Positions 10,746-20,751 of a DNA stretch of 63,529 nucleotides are shown here, in pieces; position 1 is the first letter of the stretch, and each line of letters begins with the position of its first letter. Both the position numbers and the translations under genes were made by a program. The stretch is from contig CAZJVM010000005.1 of NCBI GenBank assembly GCA_964549305.1, positions 10,524 through 74,052 of the forward strand, read 5' to 3'. The notes beneath the pieces were generated by a model. The model had not been told where the DNA came from, made no database searches, and saw only the letters and a list, made by a program, of their open reading frames with translations. This stretch comes from an uncultured bacterium. Its GTDB lineage: Bacteria; Schekmanbacteria; GWA2-38-11; J061.

Positions 10746-11553
10746 AACCGTAAATATTGCTTTTTAGGATTTTCTGCCTTATAAATTTTTTAAGAGGACC
10801 GGGCATTGAATATGCCGCGAAGGGTTTTAGCAAATGTCTGTATGAAAAAGCGGAATAATATCCTTCCCCTATATATTTGATTCTCAGTTTCATCCCCTTA
10901 AGAAGCAATTCGTCATTAGATTCCAGACTCATATTTTCCTTGTGGAAACGTCTTTTCAATAATGGTTCATCGAGGTTTGCCATTTTACACCTCCTTGACA
11001 TTCTGAACCACAAATCCCAGTCCTCAACCGTTTGCCTTATGGATTCGTCATAATAACCGGATTCTTCCAGCGCGCTTCTTTTCATCATTATTACAGAATG
11101 AAAAAAAGGGTTTGATTTAATGAGAAGCTTTTTTATTCTCTCATCACTCTGCGGTACTTTCTTTACTCCAAGCATATTTCCCGATTCATCTATTTCATAA
11201 ACAGCGCTTCCCAGGACATCTGTTTCGGGATGAGATGCAAAATAGTTCATCTGCTTGTCAAAGCGATGAGGCAGGGACACATCGTCTGCATCCATCCTTG
11301 CAATGTACCTTCCCGATGCCTTCTCTATGCCTCTGTTCAACGCGAAGGAAAGCCCTTTGTTTTCATCGAGGTTAATTAATTGTATGCGGGAATCGGTAAA
11401 AGAACGGATTATCTTTTCGCTTTCGTCAGTTGAACGGTCATTGACGATTATGAATTCAAAATCATTGTATGTTTGCGAAAGAATACTTTCTATTGCTTCA
11501 GCTAAAAAGCTCGCCGCGTTATAAACTCCCATTACTACACTTATTTCAGGCAT
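10738..11553 (-). CDS. GT2 glycosyltransferase (GT-A fold)
   Basis: ISVVMGVYN, DxSTD, RMDADD, EDWDLW. Start set at ATG 11553 (MPEISV), where the domain begins, rather than the ORF-track 11604. Confidence 0.92.
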   Translation of the reverse strand: MPEISVVMGVYNAASFLAEAIESILSQTYNDFEFIIVNDRSTDESEKIIRSFTDSRIQLINLDENKGLSFALNRGIEKASGRYIARMDADDVSLPHRFDKQMNYFASHPETDVLGSAVYEIDESGNMLGVKKVPQSDERIKKLLIKSNPFFHSVIMMKRSALEESGYYDESIRQTVEDWDLWFRMSRRCKMANLDEPLLKRRFHKENMSLESNDELLLKGMKLRIKYIGEGYYSAFSYRHLLKPFAAYSMPGPLKKFIRQKILKSNIYGSK

Positions 11554-11698
11554 TTTTCCCAAACTGTTTTTAATTAAAATTCCTATTGTAAAAGAAGAAA
11601 GCAAAGCTTTTAATAGTATGAAACTATATCAATTGATTATTTCATAATCCACAGAGAAAAATATTATACAATGCGGCAATTTTAACGGTGCAAAACAG

Positions 11699-12481
11699 AT
11701 GAATGATATCAATACGATAAAAGTCATTATTTTCTGGTCAGGGCTTTTGATTTTTCTACTGCTTGAAATCATCAAACCTTACCGCACGCCTTCTCTCTCA
11801 AAGGGCAGAAGATGGATAATCAACTTAACTCTCTCCATTTTCAACGGAATAATTTATAATTTGATTTTTTTTAATATCATTTTACATCTTCTCGGTAAAA
11901 ACACCCCCGGCGCTTTTCTCTCATCTGTTAACCTGCAAATACCTTATGCCGTCAATGTTGCCGCGGGAATAGTTGTATTGGATCTTTCCCTGTACATCTG
12001 GCATTTAATGAATCATAAAATACCTCTTTTATGGCGTTTTCATCAGATACATCATTCTGACCTCAATATGGACGTTTCAACGGCGACGCGATTTCATCTC
12101 TGCGAGTTTCTCTTATCGGGAATCGTTAGAATCCTGATTATTACCACTTTCAGGATAGATTTTTTTTCATACTTTGCCTTCGAAATATTGGCAAACCTTT
12201 CGATTCAGTTTCATCACAGCAGCGTAAAAGTTTATCCTCTTCTCGATAAATTCTGGATTTTTTTATTTGTTCCGCCGTCAATGCACAGAATTCACCACTC
12301 CCTATCGATGGATGAATACAACTCAAACTACGGGGTAATATTTTCTTTTTGGGACCGTTTATTGGGAACATTCAGGAAAAATGTCAATCAGGATAAAATT
12401 GAAATCGGGCTTGACTATTGTCAGGATTTTGAAAAACTTGGATTCTTTCCTCTCCTTGTAATGCCTTTCAAAAAAATGTAA
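11699..12481 (+). CDS. Sterol desaturase/fatty-acid hydroxylase superfamily membrane di-iron protein
   Basis: His boxes HLMNH, HQIHH, FHH and HRIHH, plus NYG..FS.WDRL.GT. Confidence 0.88.
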   Translation: MNDINTIKVIIFWSGLLIFLLLEIIKPYRTPSLSKGRRWIINLTLSIFNGIIYNLIFFNIILHLLGKNTPGAFLSSVNLQIPYAVNVAAGIVVLDLSLYIWHLMNHKIPLLWRFHQIHHSDLNMDVSTATRFHLCEFLLSGIVRILIITTFRIDFFSYFAFEILANLSIQFHHSSVKVYPLLDKFWIFLFVPPSMHRIHHSLSMDEYNSNYGVIFSFWDRLLGTFRKNVNQDKIEIGLDYCQDFEKLGFFPLLVMPFKKM

Positions 12482-12509
12482 ATTACACATACTAAGGAAA
12501 AATGAAAAA

Positions 12510-12890
12510 ATGCTTTTTAAATTATTTTTATTCTTCACCATTATACCTATAATCGAACTTGCAATTTTGATTAAGGCAGGTTCCGTAATCGGAACGCTCA
12601 ACACAATTATAATCGTGGTAATTACCGGTTTGACAGGCGCATATATGGTAAAGCTTGAAGGAATCGGCGTAATGTACAGAATTCGCTCTAATCTTTCACA
12701 GGGCATTTTCCCCGCAGAGGACCTTATAGACGGATTAATGATTTTTGTGGCAGGAGCATTTCTCCTGACTCCTGGTTTTATAACTGACACTGCGGGATTT
12801 ATAATGGTATTCCCATTTTCAAGAAACATGGTAAAATCAATTGTTAAGAGAAATCTGAAAGAAAGATTGTCCATAAACGATTTCAGGTAG
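12510..12890 (+). CDS. fxsA: FxsA family membrane protein
   Basis: P.IELA.LI..G and LL.PGFITD..G signatures; 126 aa. Confidence 0.88.
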   Translation: MLFKLFLFFTIIPIIELAILIKAGSVIGTLNTIIIVVITGLTGAYMVKLEGIGVMYRIRSNLSQGIFPAEDLIDGLMIFVAGAFLLTPGFITDTAGFIMVFPFSRNMVKSIVKRNLKERLSINDFR

Positions 12891-13085
12891 CGCAATTCTG
12901 TGAGTTGAAAACAAAACAGTATACCAGTCCATTTTTTTATCAGCAGAAGTCGGCTAAACTTGAAGCAAGCAGGCGTTTAACACCTGAATTCATTTTCCAT
13001 TTCATTGTTGACACAAAAAGGATAATTCCATAGAAGGATAAAAACCTTAAAGAGCAATCTGACAGATTTTCAAAAGGAGATATCG

Positions 13086-13655
13086 ATGGAACCGACAAAA
13101 ATAAAAATGGGTGAAGAAACGATAGAAATTCCAAAATTTCCCTACGACTCTAAAATTGCCGGCATTTTAAGAGGTCTTCATACGATTTACGCCCTTACGA
13201 TTGTTCGCCTTTATGAAAAATACGGAGAAGGCGTGCTCGAAGAATCTTCCAAAGTCTGGTATGAAATGGGCCTTCAGGCAGGAGAAGAAATAAGACAGCT
13301 TGCAATTAAAAAAAGCGGAAAAAAGGAAATGGGAATAGAGGAATACTTCAGATACGGTCCCTACTCCATTGAAGGAATGGGTTTTTTCGATATAGGTCTC
13401 GAACTGAAATGCATTGAAGCATCGGAAAAGAAAGCGATAGGCAGAATGATTCACTGTCCATTCCTTAAAATATGGAAGTCTGCGGGAATAAAAGATGACA
13501 AGATGATCGCAAAACTTTGCAAGACACTCTACCCATTCGACGAAGCATTCATCAAAGCTTTCAATCCTAAAATGAAAGTGCTTTACAGTTGCGACAAACC
13601 TGGGTTTGAGGAAGGGAAAGACTACTGCCAGATTGAAATTGAACTAAACGATTAA
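13086..13655 (+). CDS. L-2-amino-thiazoline-4-carboxylate hydrolase-like / V4R-fold protein, function unknown
   Basis: Helical N-terminus (E.YGE..L....WYEMG), CP....W...G, C...D......FNP and a C-terminal G...C pattern; good RBS (AAGGAG). Confidence 0.55.
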   Translation: MEPTKIKMGEETIEIPKFPYDSKIAGILRGLHTIYALTIVRLYEKYGEGVLEESSKVWYEMGLQAGEEIRQLAIKKSGKKEMGIEEYFRYGPYSIEGMGFFDIGLELKCIEASEKKAIGRMIHCPFLKIWKSAGIKDDKMIAKLCKTLYPFDEAFIKAFNPKMKVLYSCDKPGFEEGKDYCQIEIELND

Positions 13656-13704
13656 TTTTATCCTTTAACGTTTTATTTCCAAAGGGAAAGATTGCAGAAA
13701 AAAA

Positions 13705-14787
13705 ATGGCTGAAATAAAGGTTAACCTTAAGGAAAGAAGTTACAAGATTCATATAGGCCATGGTATCATTAAAGATACGGGAGAGATAATCGCTCCCTTT
13801 TCGCCTCACAGAATCATAATAATAACCAATCCTCTTGTTTATAAAATTGCCGGGAAAGCTGTTGAATCTTCACTGAAGAAAAAAAAGATTCCCTTTTCAA
13901 CACAGATAATCCCTGACGGCGAGCGATACAAAAATCTTACTACGGCAAAAAAACTCTACGATGCGCTTGTCAAATCAAAAGCGGAAAGAGATTCGATGAT
14001 AATCGCGCTCGGAGGCGGAGTAATAGGTGATATATCCGGATTTGTAGCTTCCTCTTTTATGCGGGGCATTCCTTTCGTACAGATTCCAACTACGCTTCTC
14101 GCTCAGGTTGACGCAAGCATAGGAGGAAAAACGGCAGTCAATCACAGTGCCGGGAAAAATCTCATAGGCGCCTTTTATCAGCCAAAAACCGTTATCTCCG
14201 ATTGCTCGCTTCCAAAATCCCTCAATGAAAAGGAGTATAAAAACGGTCTTGCGGAAGTTATAAAAACAGCTGCGATTCTCGATGCAAAATTCTTCAAGTT
14301 CATAGAGGATAATTTAGAAGGCATCTTCAAAAGGAAAGATGAACATCTTTTTCATATGGTAAAATCATCATCCTTCCATAAGGCGCGGATAGTTTCAGGA
14401 GACGAAAAGGAAGGAGGAAGGCGGGCCATACTCAACTACGGACACACATTTGGCCATGCTTTTGAAACATTAGGCAGATACACACGATTCAGCCACGGTG
14501 AAACGGTTATGGCCGGAATGGTTGTTGCCGCGAGACTTGCCCAAAACCTAAATATATGCAATAAGAATACGGCATTGCGTCAGGAAGATTTGATAAGAAG
14601 CGTGGGATTGATAAAAGGCCTCTTTTCCTTCAAACCGGAAGACCTTTACGACGCAATGGGAAGCGATAAAAAGAAGAAAGCAGGGAAGCTTCGATTTATA
14701 TTGACAAAGAAAATCGGGTCTGCGATTATTAACGATACTGCAAAAAGAAAAGACATACTTTTCGTGCTGAAACAATTCACCAGATGA
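13705..14787 (+). CDS. aroB: 3-dehydroquinate synthase
   Basis: [36 protein letters not shown]. Confidence 0.97.
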   Translation: MAEIKVNLKERSYKIHIGHGIIKDTGEIIAPFSPHRIIIITNPLVYKIAGKAVESSLKKKKIPFSTQIIPDGERYKNLTTAKKLYDALVKSKAERDSMIIALGGGVIGDISGFVASSFMRGIPFVQIPTTLLAQVDASIGGKTAVNHSAGKNLIGAFYQPKTVISDCSLPKSLNEKEYKNGLAEVIKTAAILDAKFFKFIEDNLEGIFKRKDEHLFHMVKSSSFHKARIVSGDEKEGGRRAILNYGHTFGHAFETLGRYTRFSHGETVMAGMVVAARLAQNLNICNKNTALRQEDLIRSVGLIKGLFSFKPEDLYDAMGSDKKKKAGKLRFILTKKIGSAIINDTAKRKDILFVLKQFTR

Positions 14788-16019
14788 CTAAAAAAGATAT
14801 TCCCGTCAATAACTTAGAACTCCAGCTGGAAACAATTAAAAAAGGCGCTGACGAGATTATCGACTCCGACGAGCTTGAGTCCAAGGTTAAACAATCCATT
14901 GAAACAAAGACCCCTCTTAACATTAAAACGGGGTTTGACCCAACATCGGCAGACCTCCACCTCGGACATACCGTTTTAATGTATAAGCTGAAAGCTTTTC
15001 AGGATCTTGGGCATAAAGTTTTTTTCCTTATCGGTGATTTCACTGCAGGCATAGGCGACCCTTCCGGCAGAAATGAGATGAGAAAACCCCTATCTCAAGA
15101 GCAGATACTTAAAAACGCAAAAACTTACAGCGACCAGGCATTTAAAATTCTCGACAAAGAAAAAACTACCGTAGTCTTTAACAGCTCATGGATGAATTCA
15201 CTTAAACCTTCTGAATTTATAGACCTTGCTTCAAAGCATACCGTTGCAAGAATGCTCGAAAGAGATGATTTCAGCAACCGTTTCTCAGAAAAAAAACCGA
15301 TAGGTATTCACGAGCTTTTTTATCCCATAATTCAGGGATATGATTCGGTGGCAATCAAATCCGATGTGGAACTGGGAGGCACGGACCAGAAGTTCAACCT
15401 GCTTGTGGGCAGAAATCTTCAAAGAGTCTATGGTCAAAGGCCTCAAACTGTAATCACGATGCCAATTCTTGAGGGCCTTGACGGTGTTGCAAAAATGAGC
15501 AAAAGTCTGAACAACTACATCGGCATAACGGAAAGCTCCAGGGAAATGTTCGGGAAAATTATGTCCGTAAGTGACGAACTGATGCTGAGATATTACGAAC
15601 TGCTCACCGATTTAAAAATAAGTGAAATCGAAAAACTAAAAAAAGACATTGCCGGCGGAATTGTCCACCCAATGGACGCGAAGCAGTCTCTTGCAAAAAC
15701 AATTGTAACCCGTTTTCACAACGCAGACGAGGCGAAATTTGAAGAAAAGGAATTCATCAGGCAGTTCAGAGAAAAAAAAGTTCCCAAAAAAATAGAAGAA
15801 ATCGCAGTAGAAACCGATGACAACCCGATCTGGATTTGCAAACTTCTCAAAGAGATAAACGCCGTATCATCCACATCTGAGGCAAGAAGAAAAATCACCG
15901 AAGGCGCTGTTAAAATAGAAGGCGGCAAAGTAACGGACCATAATTTATCCATTCGGGCGGAAGGTGAGATTTTGGTACAGGTTGGAAAAAAAAGGTATTA
16001 TAGGGCTGTTTTTAATTAA
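14784..16019 (+). CDS. tyrS: Tyrosine--tRNA ligase
   Basis: GFDPT..DLHLGH, GG.DQ, KMSKS and a C-terminal S4 domain. Confidence 0.97.
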   Translation: MTKKDIPVNNLELQLETIKKGADEIIDSDELESKVKQSIETKTPLNIKTGFDPTSADLHLGHTVLMYKLKAFQDLGHKVFFLIGDFTAGIGDPSGRNEMRKPLSQEQILKNAKTYSDQAFKILDKEKTTVVFNSSWMNSLKPSEFIDLASKHTVARMLERDDFSNRFSEKKPIGIHELFYPIIQGYDSVAIKSDVELGGTDQKFNLLVGRNLQRVYGQRPQTVITMPILEGLDGVAKMSKSLNNYIGITESSREMFGKIMSVSDELMLRYYELLTDLKISEIEKLKKDIAGGIVHPMDAKQSLAKTIVTRFHNADEAKFEEKEFIRQFREKKVPKKIEEIAVETDDNPIWICKLLKEINAVSSTSEARRKITEGAVKIEGGKVTDHNLSIRAEGEILVQVGKKRYYRAVFN

Positions 16020-16058
16020 CAAATGATTAAAATAGTGATAATTTGTAATTTATATTGA

Positions 16059-16424
<366 letters not shown>

Positions 16425-16442
16425 AATGATTCACTTCCTTAT

Positions 16443-17222
16443 TTAGCCGCATAAACTCTTTAAAAGTTCTTCTCTTTTCTCGGAAAGCATAAGTGTTTCA
16501 CCAATGAGAAAAGCGCGTACTCCCGAGTTGCTCAATCTGAGAATATCCTGTCTATTCTTAATTCCGCTTTCGCTAACAACAATCTTGTCATCCGGAATAG
16601 AGCTTACAAGCTTTTCAGTAACCGCAATATCGGTATTCAAAGTTTTTAAATTTCTGTTGTTAACACCTATTATTTTTGCTCCCGAATCTATGGCTATATC
16701 AACTTCCTGCCTGTCGTGTACCTCTACAAGGCAGTCCATCCCCATTTTTTCCGCAATGCTTCTGAAATGTTCAAGCTTTTTTCTGTCAAGTTGAGACACT
16801 ATGAGCAGAATCGCGTCTGCCCTGTAAGCGCGTGCTTCATAAATCTGATATTCGTCGATTATGAAGTCTTTCCTTAACACGGGAAGAATGGAGCCCTTTG
16901 CTACAAGGTGCATCATATTCAAAGAGCCCTTAAAATATTCCTCTTCGGTCAAAACCGAAATCGCTGCCGCGCCTCCCTTCTCATACTGTTTGGCAATCGA
17001 GAGGGCATCTACTTTCTCCGCTATTACGCCCGCACTGGGAGATGCCGGCTTTATTTCCGCAATAATTCTGAACCTGCTCTTTTCCGATGAAAGAGACGAA
17101 GAGAAACCAAAAAGCGGATTGCATTTGTCAATGAGGCGCTCAATCCCTTTTAAAGGAATTGTTTTTTTTCTTTTTTCAACTTCAAGGCGTTTTAAATGAA
17201 GGATATTTTCTATTACTTTCAA
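16443..17222 (-). CDS. trpC: Indole-3-glycerol phosphate synthase
   Basis: IAEIK.ASPS.G, SVLTE, LRKDFI, GVNNRNL, SESGI. Confidence 0.96.
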   Translation of the reverse strand: MKVIENILHLKRLEVEKRKKTIPLKGIERLIDKCNPLFGFSSSLSSEKSRFRIIAEIKPASPSAGVIAEKVDALSIAKQYEKGGAAAISVLTEEEYFKGSLNMMHLVAKGSILPVLRKDFIIDEYQIYEARAYRADAILLIVSQLDRKKLEHFRSIAEKMGMDCLVEVHDRQEVDIAIDSGAKIIGVNNRNLKTLNTDIAVTEKLVSSIPDDKIVVSESGIKNRQDILRLSNSGVRAFLIGETLMLSEKREELLKSLCG

Positions 17223-17239
17223 AAGATTTCCAAATTGAT

Positions 17240-17458
17240 TTACTTACAGGTGGAACAATTTGTGGATGAGCAACTACCGCAACCGGTTGTGCCCGAGGAA
17301 GGGGCAATCTTGTCCCCTGATGCAAAACCGCATAAAGACATCTTCTTATTTATATTCTCGCCATTGCACTTTGGACAATTGATTTTGCTGTCCTTTGACA
17401 AAAGAAGATATTCAAATTCTTCTTTGCAATCCTGGCATTCATATTCGTAAACAGGCAT
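17240..17458 (-). CDS. FmdB family zinc-ribbon protein
   Basis: MPVYEYECQDC...CPKC plus a C-terminal CxxC..CxxC; RBS AGGAG. Confidence 0.85.
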   Translation of the reverse strand: MPVYEYECQDCKEEFEYLLLSKDSKINCPKCNGENINKKMSLCGFASGDKIAPSSGTTGCGSCSSTNCSTCK

Positions 17459-17484
17459 CTCACACACTCCTTAAAAGCACTTCT

Positions 17485-18132
17485 TCACTTTTTAGGGATG
17501 CTTTCCCAATCATCAAGGAATTTCTTAATTCCTATATCAGTCAAGGGGTGGCTAAAGAGTTTATCGATTACCGACGGGGGAATCGTTGCCACATCACATC
17601 CCGCAAGGGCAACGTCAACTACATGCATAGGATGACGCACGCTTGCCGCTATTATCTTGGTATCAATTCCGTAATTGTCATACATTACCCGTATCTGTCT
17701 TATTATTTCTACTCCTTCGTGGCTTATATCGTCCAGTCTTCCTATGAAGGGAGAAACATATGTCGCCCCTGCCTTTGCCGCGAGAAGCGCCTGAGATGCG
17801 GAAAAAATAAGCGTCACGTTAGTCTTTATTTTTTTCCCCGACAGTATTTTTACCGCCTTCATCCCTTCCCGCGTCATCGGTATCTTTACTACGATGTTCT
17901 TGTGAATTTTAGAGAATTCCTCTCCTTCCTTTACCATACCTTGGGCATCGACGCTTACCGCTTCGGCGCTGATAGGTCCGTCAACTTCCTGTGAGATTTC
18001 CTTCAAAACTTCATTGTAATTCCTGCCCTCTTTTGCCACCAGAGAAGGGTTTGTCGTAACGCCGTCAAGGATGCCGATGGAATTTGCTTCTCTTATTGCT
18101 TCAATGTTCGCTGTATCTATAAAAATTTCCAT
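17485..18132 (-). CDS. tal: Transaldolase (small TalC/FSA subfamily)
   Basis: [18 protein letters not shown] (Schiff-base Lys), SPFIGRLDD. The Glu (SAE) and Phe (SPF) residues point to transaldolase rather than FSA. Confidence 0.9.
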   Translation of the reverse strand: MEIFIDTANIEAIREANSIGILDGVTTNPSLVAKEGRNYNEVLKEISQEVDGPISAEAVSVDAQGMVKEGEEFSKIHKNIVVKIPMTREGMKAVKILSGKKIKTNVTLIFSASQALLAAKAGATYVSPFIGRLDDISHEGVEIIRQIRVMYDNYGIDTKIIAASVRHPMHVVDVALAGCDVATIPPSVIDKLFSHPLTDIGIKKFLDDWESIPKK

Positions 18133-18248
18133 AAATATCTCCGTATGCCAATTCTTAAAACAGGCTTCTGAAAAATAATTAAGCTAAAAGCCGTTGCATG
18201 TCAAGAATATTTAAATTTGGCGTTAATACCCGGTTATTTTGTCATTTC

Positions 18249-18276
18249 TTGACATTTGCAACTATCACTTCATAAT
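18249..18276 (+). promoter_or_regulatory. Candidate sigma70 promoter for priA
   Basis: TTGACA (18249-54)-N16-CATAAT (18271-76); supports the ATG at 18302 as the priA start. Confidence 0.5.
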
Positions 18277-18301
18277 GATTTCAACTTTAAAGAATATAAA
18301 A

Positions 18302-20740
18302 ATGAGCAATTCATTACAATATATAGAAGTTGCCGTAGAGTTTAATTCGCGAAATCTTTATACATACTGCATATCCGCCGACGCCGCAGGAAAAATAAAA
18401 AAAGGGAGCAGGATTCTTGTACCTTTCGGCAGAAGGGAGTTGACAGGATATGTGGACAAAATAACAGTCCTGAAGAAACCCGCTGAATACAAAATCAGGG
18501 AAATTTCCTATATCATAAATGAAAAACCGTTGATTTCAGAAAGCATTATCCGGTTGTGTCTGTGGGCATCAAATCATTATCTGTCTCCCCCCGGTTATCT
18601 TTACCGGTGCGCTTATCCTCCGGGCACCAACATTACATCTAAATTAATGGTCTCCGTAAACGAAGAACGCCCGCGCGATGAATCAGCGCCTCCGCTTTCC
18701 GAAAAAGAAAAAGATATTCTCAGATTAGTAGAAGAAAAAAAGAATATGTCCGTAAAAGCTTTAAAGAAGATATCTTCATCAAAAAGTATCTACTCTCTTA
18801 TTTTAAAGCTTAAAGAAAAGGGCTTTATCAAAACTTTCCAAAAAATAGAAAAACCGCAAACTTCCGGCAAATTTAAAAGAATCATTCACAGAGTCAACAG
18901 TTTTGACTTTCTCCGGGAAGATGTGGGAAAAAAACTTGGCAAAAACCAGTCAGCTCTTCTTGAACTACTCGAGGCAAAAGGAAAAGTTAGTCTGGAGTTT
19001 GCCGTTAAAAAAACGTCTATAGGCAGTAGTTCTCTCAAAAAACTCGAGTCTTCGGGTTTTATAAAAATAACAAAGGAAAGGGAATACAGGACACCTGAAT
19101 ATATCATCGATAAAGACGCTTCCCACCCTCACACGCTGAATCATCACCAGGCAGTGGCAACGGAAAAAATACTCGACGCCGTAAAGGAAAAAAGGAGCGA
19201 AAAATTTTATCTTCACGGAATAACGGGAAGCGGAAAAACTGAAATATATATGCACATAATCCGCTATTTACTGTCAATAAACAGACAGGCGCTTCTCCTC
19301 GTTCCAGAAATTTCCATCACCCCGCAGACGATGGCGAGGTTTAAATCGCGTTTTCCCGGCAAAACAGCAGTGCTTCACAGTTCCCTTTCGGCAGGTGAGC
19401 GATACGACGAATGGTTCAGAATTTACGAAGGCAAAGCACAAATTGTAATCGGCACGCGCTCGGCAGTATTTGCGCCTCTTAAAGATACGGGAGTTATTAT
19501 AATGGATGAGGAACACGATGACTCATACAAACAAAACGAAATTCCCTCCTATGATGCCAGAGATATTGCAGCAAAAAGGGGAGAGCTTGAATCAGTGCCT
19601 GTCGTATTTGCTTCGGCAAGCCCTTCCGTGGACTCTTTTTACAAAGCAAAGACGGGAGAATATACATACCTTCATCTGCCCGAACGGGCAACGGGGATAC
19701 CTTTGCCGTCGGTCAATATCATAGATATGAAAAAAGAAAAAAATAAAAACATATCCGCAGAACTTATAAAAGAGGTTCAGGGCGCCTGTGATAAAAAAGA
19801 ACAAACCATACTCTTTCTCAACCGCAGAGGTTTCCACAGGACTATTCACTGTACGGGATGCGGAACGACTCTAACCTGCAAGGACTGTTCCGTATCTTTG
19901 GTACTGCACCGCTCGGACAATCTTATGCATTGTCACTATTGCGATTCGGTAACGAAAATGCCGCCCCTTTGCCCCAGTTGCGGACAAAAAAAGCTCAAAG
20001 GCGCGGGCAGAGGTACGGAATCCCTTGAAGAAGAGATTCAAGGTTTTTTTCCTGAAAGGATTATTCAAAGATTTGACAAGGATTCTTTAAAAGGCAACAA
20101 AACTCTTCCGGAAATTCTCGATGAATTTAAAAAAGGCAATATCGATATTTTGGTGGGCACTCAGATGCTTTCATTGGGGCACGATTATCCCAATGTATCG
20201 GTTGTTGGAATAATAGCAGCGGACCAGGAACTGAATTTCCCCGATTTCAGAGCGGCAGAGCGGGCTTTTCAGATACTTCTTCAGGTTTCGGGAAGGTGCG
20301 GAAGAAAAAATATCAAGGGGAAAAGCCTTGTGCAGACATATCAGCCAAATCATTATATTCTCGATTCACTGAAAAATCATGATTACGAATCTTTTTATGA
20401 AAATGAACTCCTTTTCAGAAAGAAGTTCAATTATCCTCCTTTTTCCAGGCTGATAAATATCACCTTTTCCGGAAAGAAACAAATCGATGTGAAGAAATGC
20501 GCTTTCTCGTTTTTGCCCCTTCTTAAAAAAAACATTTCATCGCAGAGCGTGAAGATACTCGGTCCCGCAGAACCGTTACATTGGAAAATCAGGGGGAAAT
20601 ACCGGCGGCAAATCATAATTAAATATAATTCCGGTCACAGGGAAATAATATCGGCTATAGAAAAATCATTGAATTCGGCATCCCATTTCAGAAGAAGCGT
20701 TTTGGTCAATATCGATGTAAATCCTTCAAACCTGCTTTAA
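18302..20740 (+). CDS. priA: Primosomal protein N' (replication-restart helicase)
   Basis: VPFG, Walker A GITGSGKT, DEEH, four CxxC motifs, GRCGR. The ORF-track start is 18239; the domain begins at 18302. Confidence 0.96.
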   Translation: MSNSLQYIEVAVEFNSRNLYTYCISADAAGKIKKGSRILVPFGRRELTGYVDKITVLKKPAEYKIREISYIINEKPLISESIIRLCLWASNHYLSPPGYLYRCAYPPGTNITSKLMVSVNEERPRDESAPPLSEKEKDILRLVEEKKNMSVKALKKISSSKSIYSLILKLKEKGFIKTFQKIEKPQTSGKFKRIIHRVNSFDFLREDVGKKLGKNQSALLELLEAKGKVSLEFAVKKTSIGSSSLKKLESSGFIKITKEREYRTPEYIIDKDASHPHTLNHHQAVATEKILDAVKEKRSEKFYLHGITGSGKTEIYMHIIRYLLSINRQALLLVPEISITPQTMARFKSRFPGKTAVLHSSLSAGERYDEWFRIYEGKAQIVIGTRSAVFAPLKDTGVIIMDEEHDDSYKQNEIPSYDARDIAAKRGELESVPVVFASASPSVDSFYKAKTGEYTYLHLPERATGIPLPSVNIIDMKKEKNKNISAELIKEVQGACDKKEQTILFLNRRGFHRTIHCTGCGTTLTCKDCSVSLVLHRSDNLMHCHYCDSVTKMPPLCPSCGQKKLKGAGRGTESLEEEIQGFFPERIIQRFDKDSLKGNKTLPEILDEFKKGNIDILVGTQMLSLGHDYPNVSVVGIIAADQELNFPDFRAAERAFQILLQVSGRCGRKNIKGKSLVQTYQPNHYILDSLKNHDYESFYENELLFRKKFNYPPFSRLINITFSGKKQIDVKKCAFSFLPLLKKNISSQSVKILGPAEPLHWKIRGKYRRQIIIKYNSGHREIISAIEKSLNSASHFRRSVLVNIDVNPSNLL

Positions 20741-20751
20741 GCTTTACGTTC

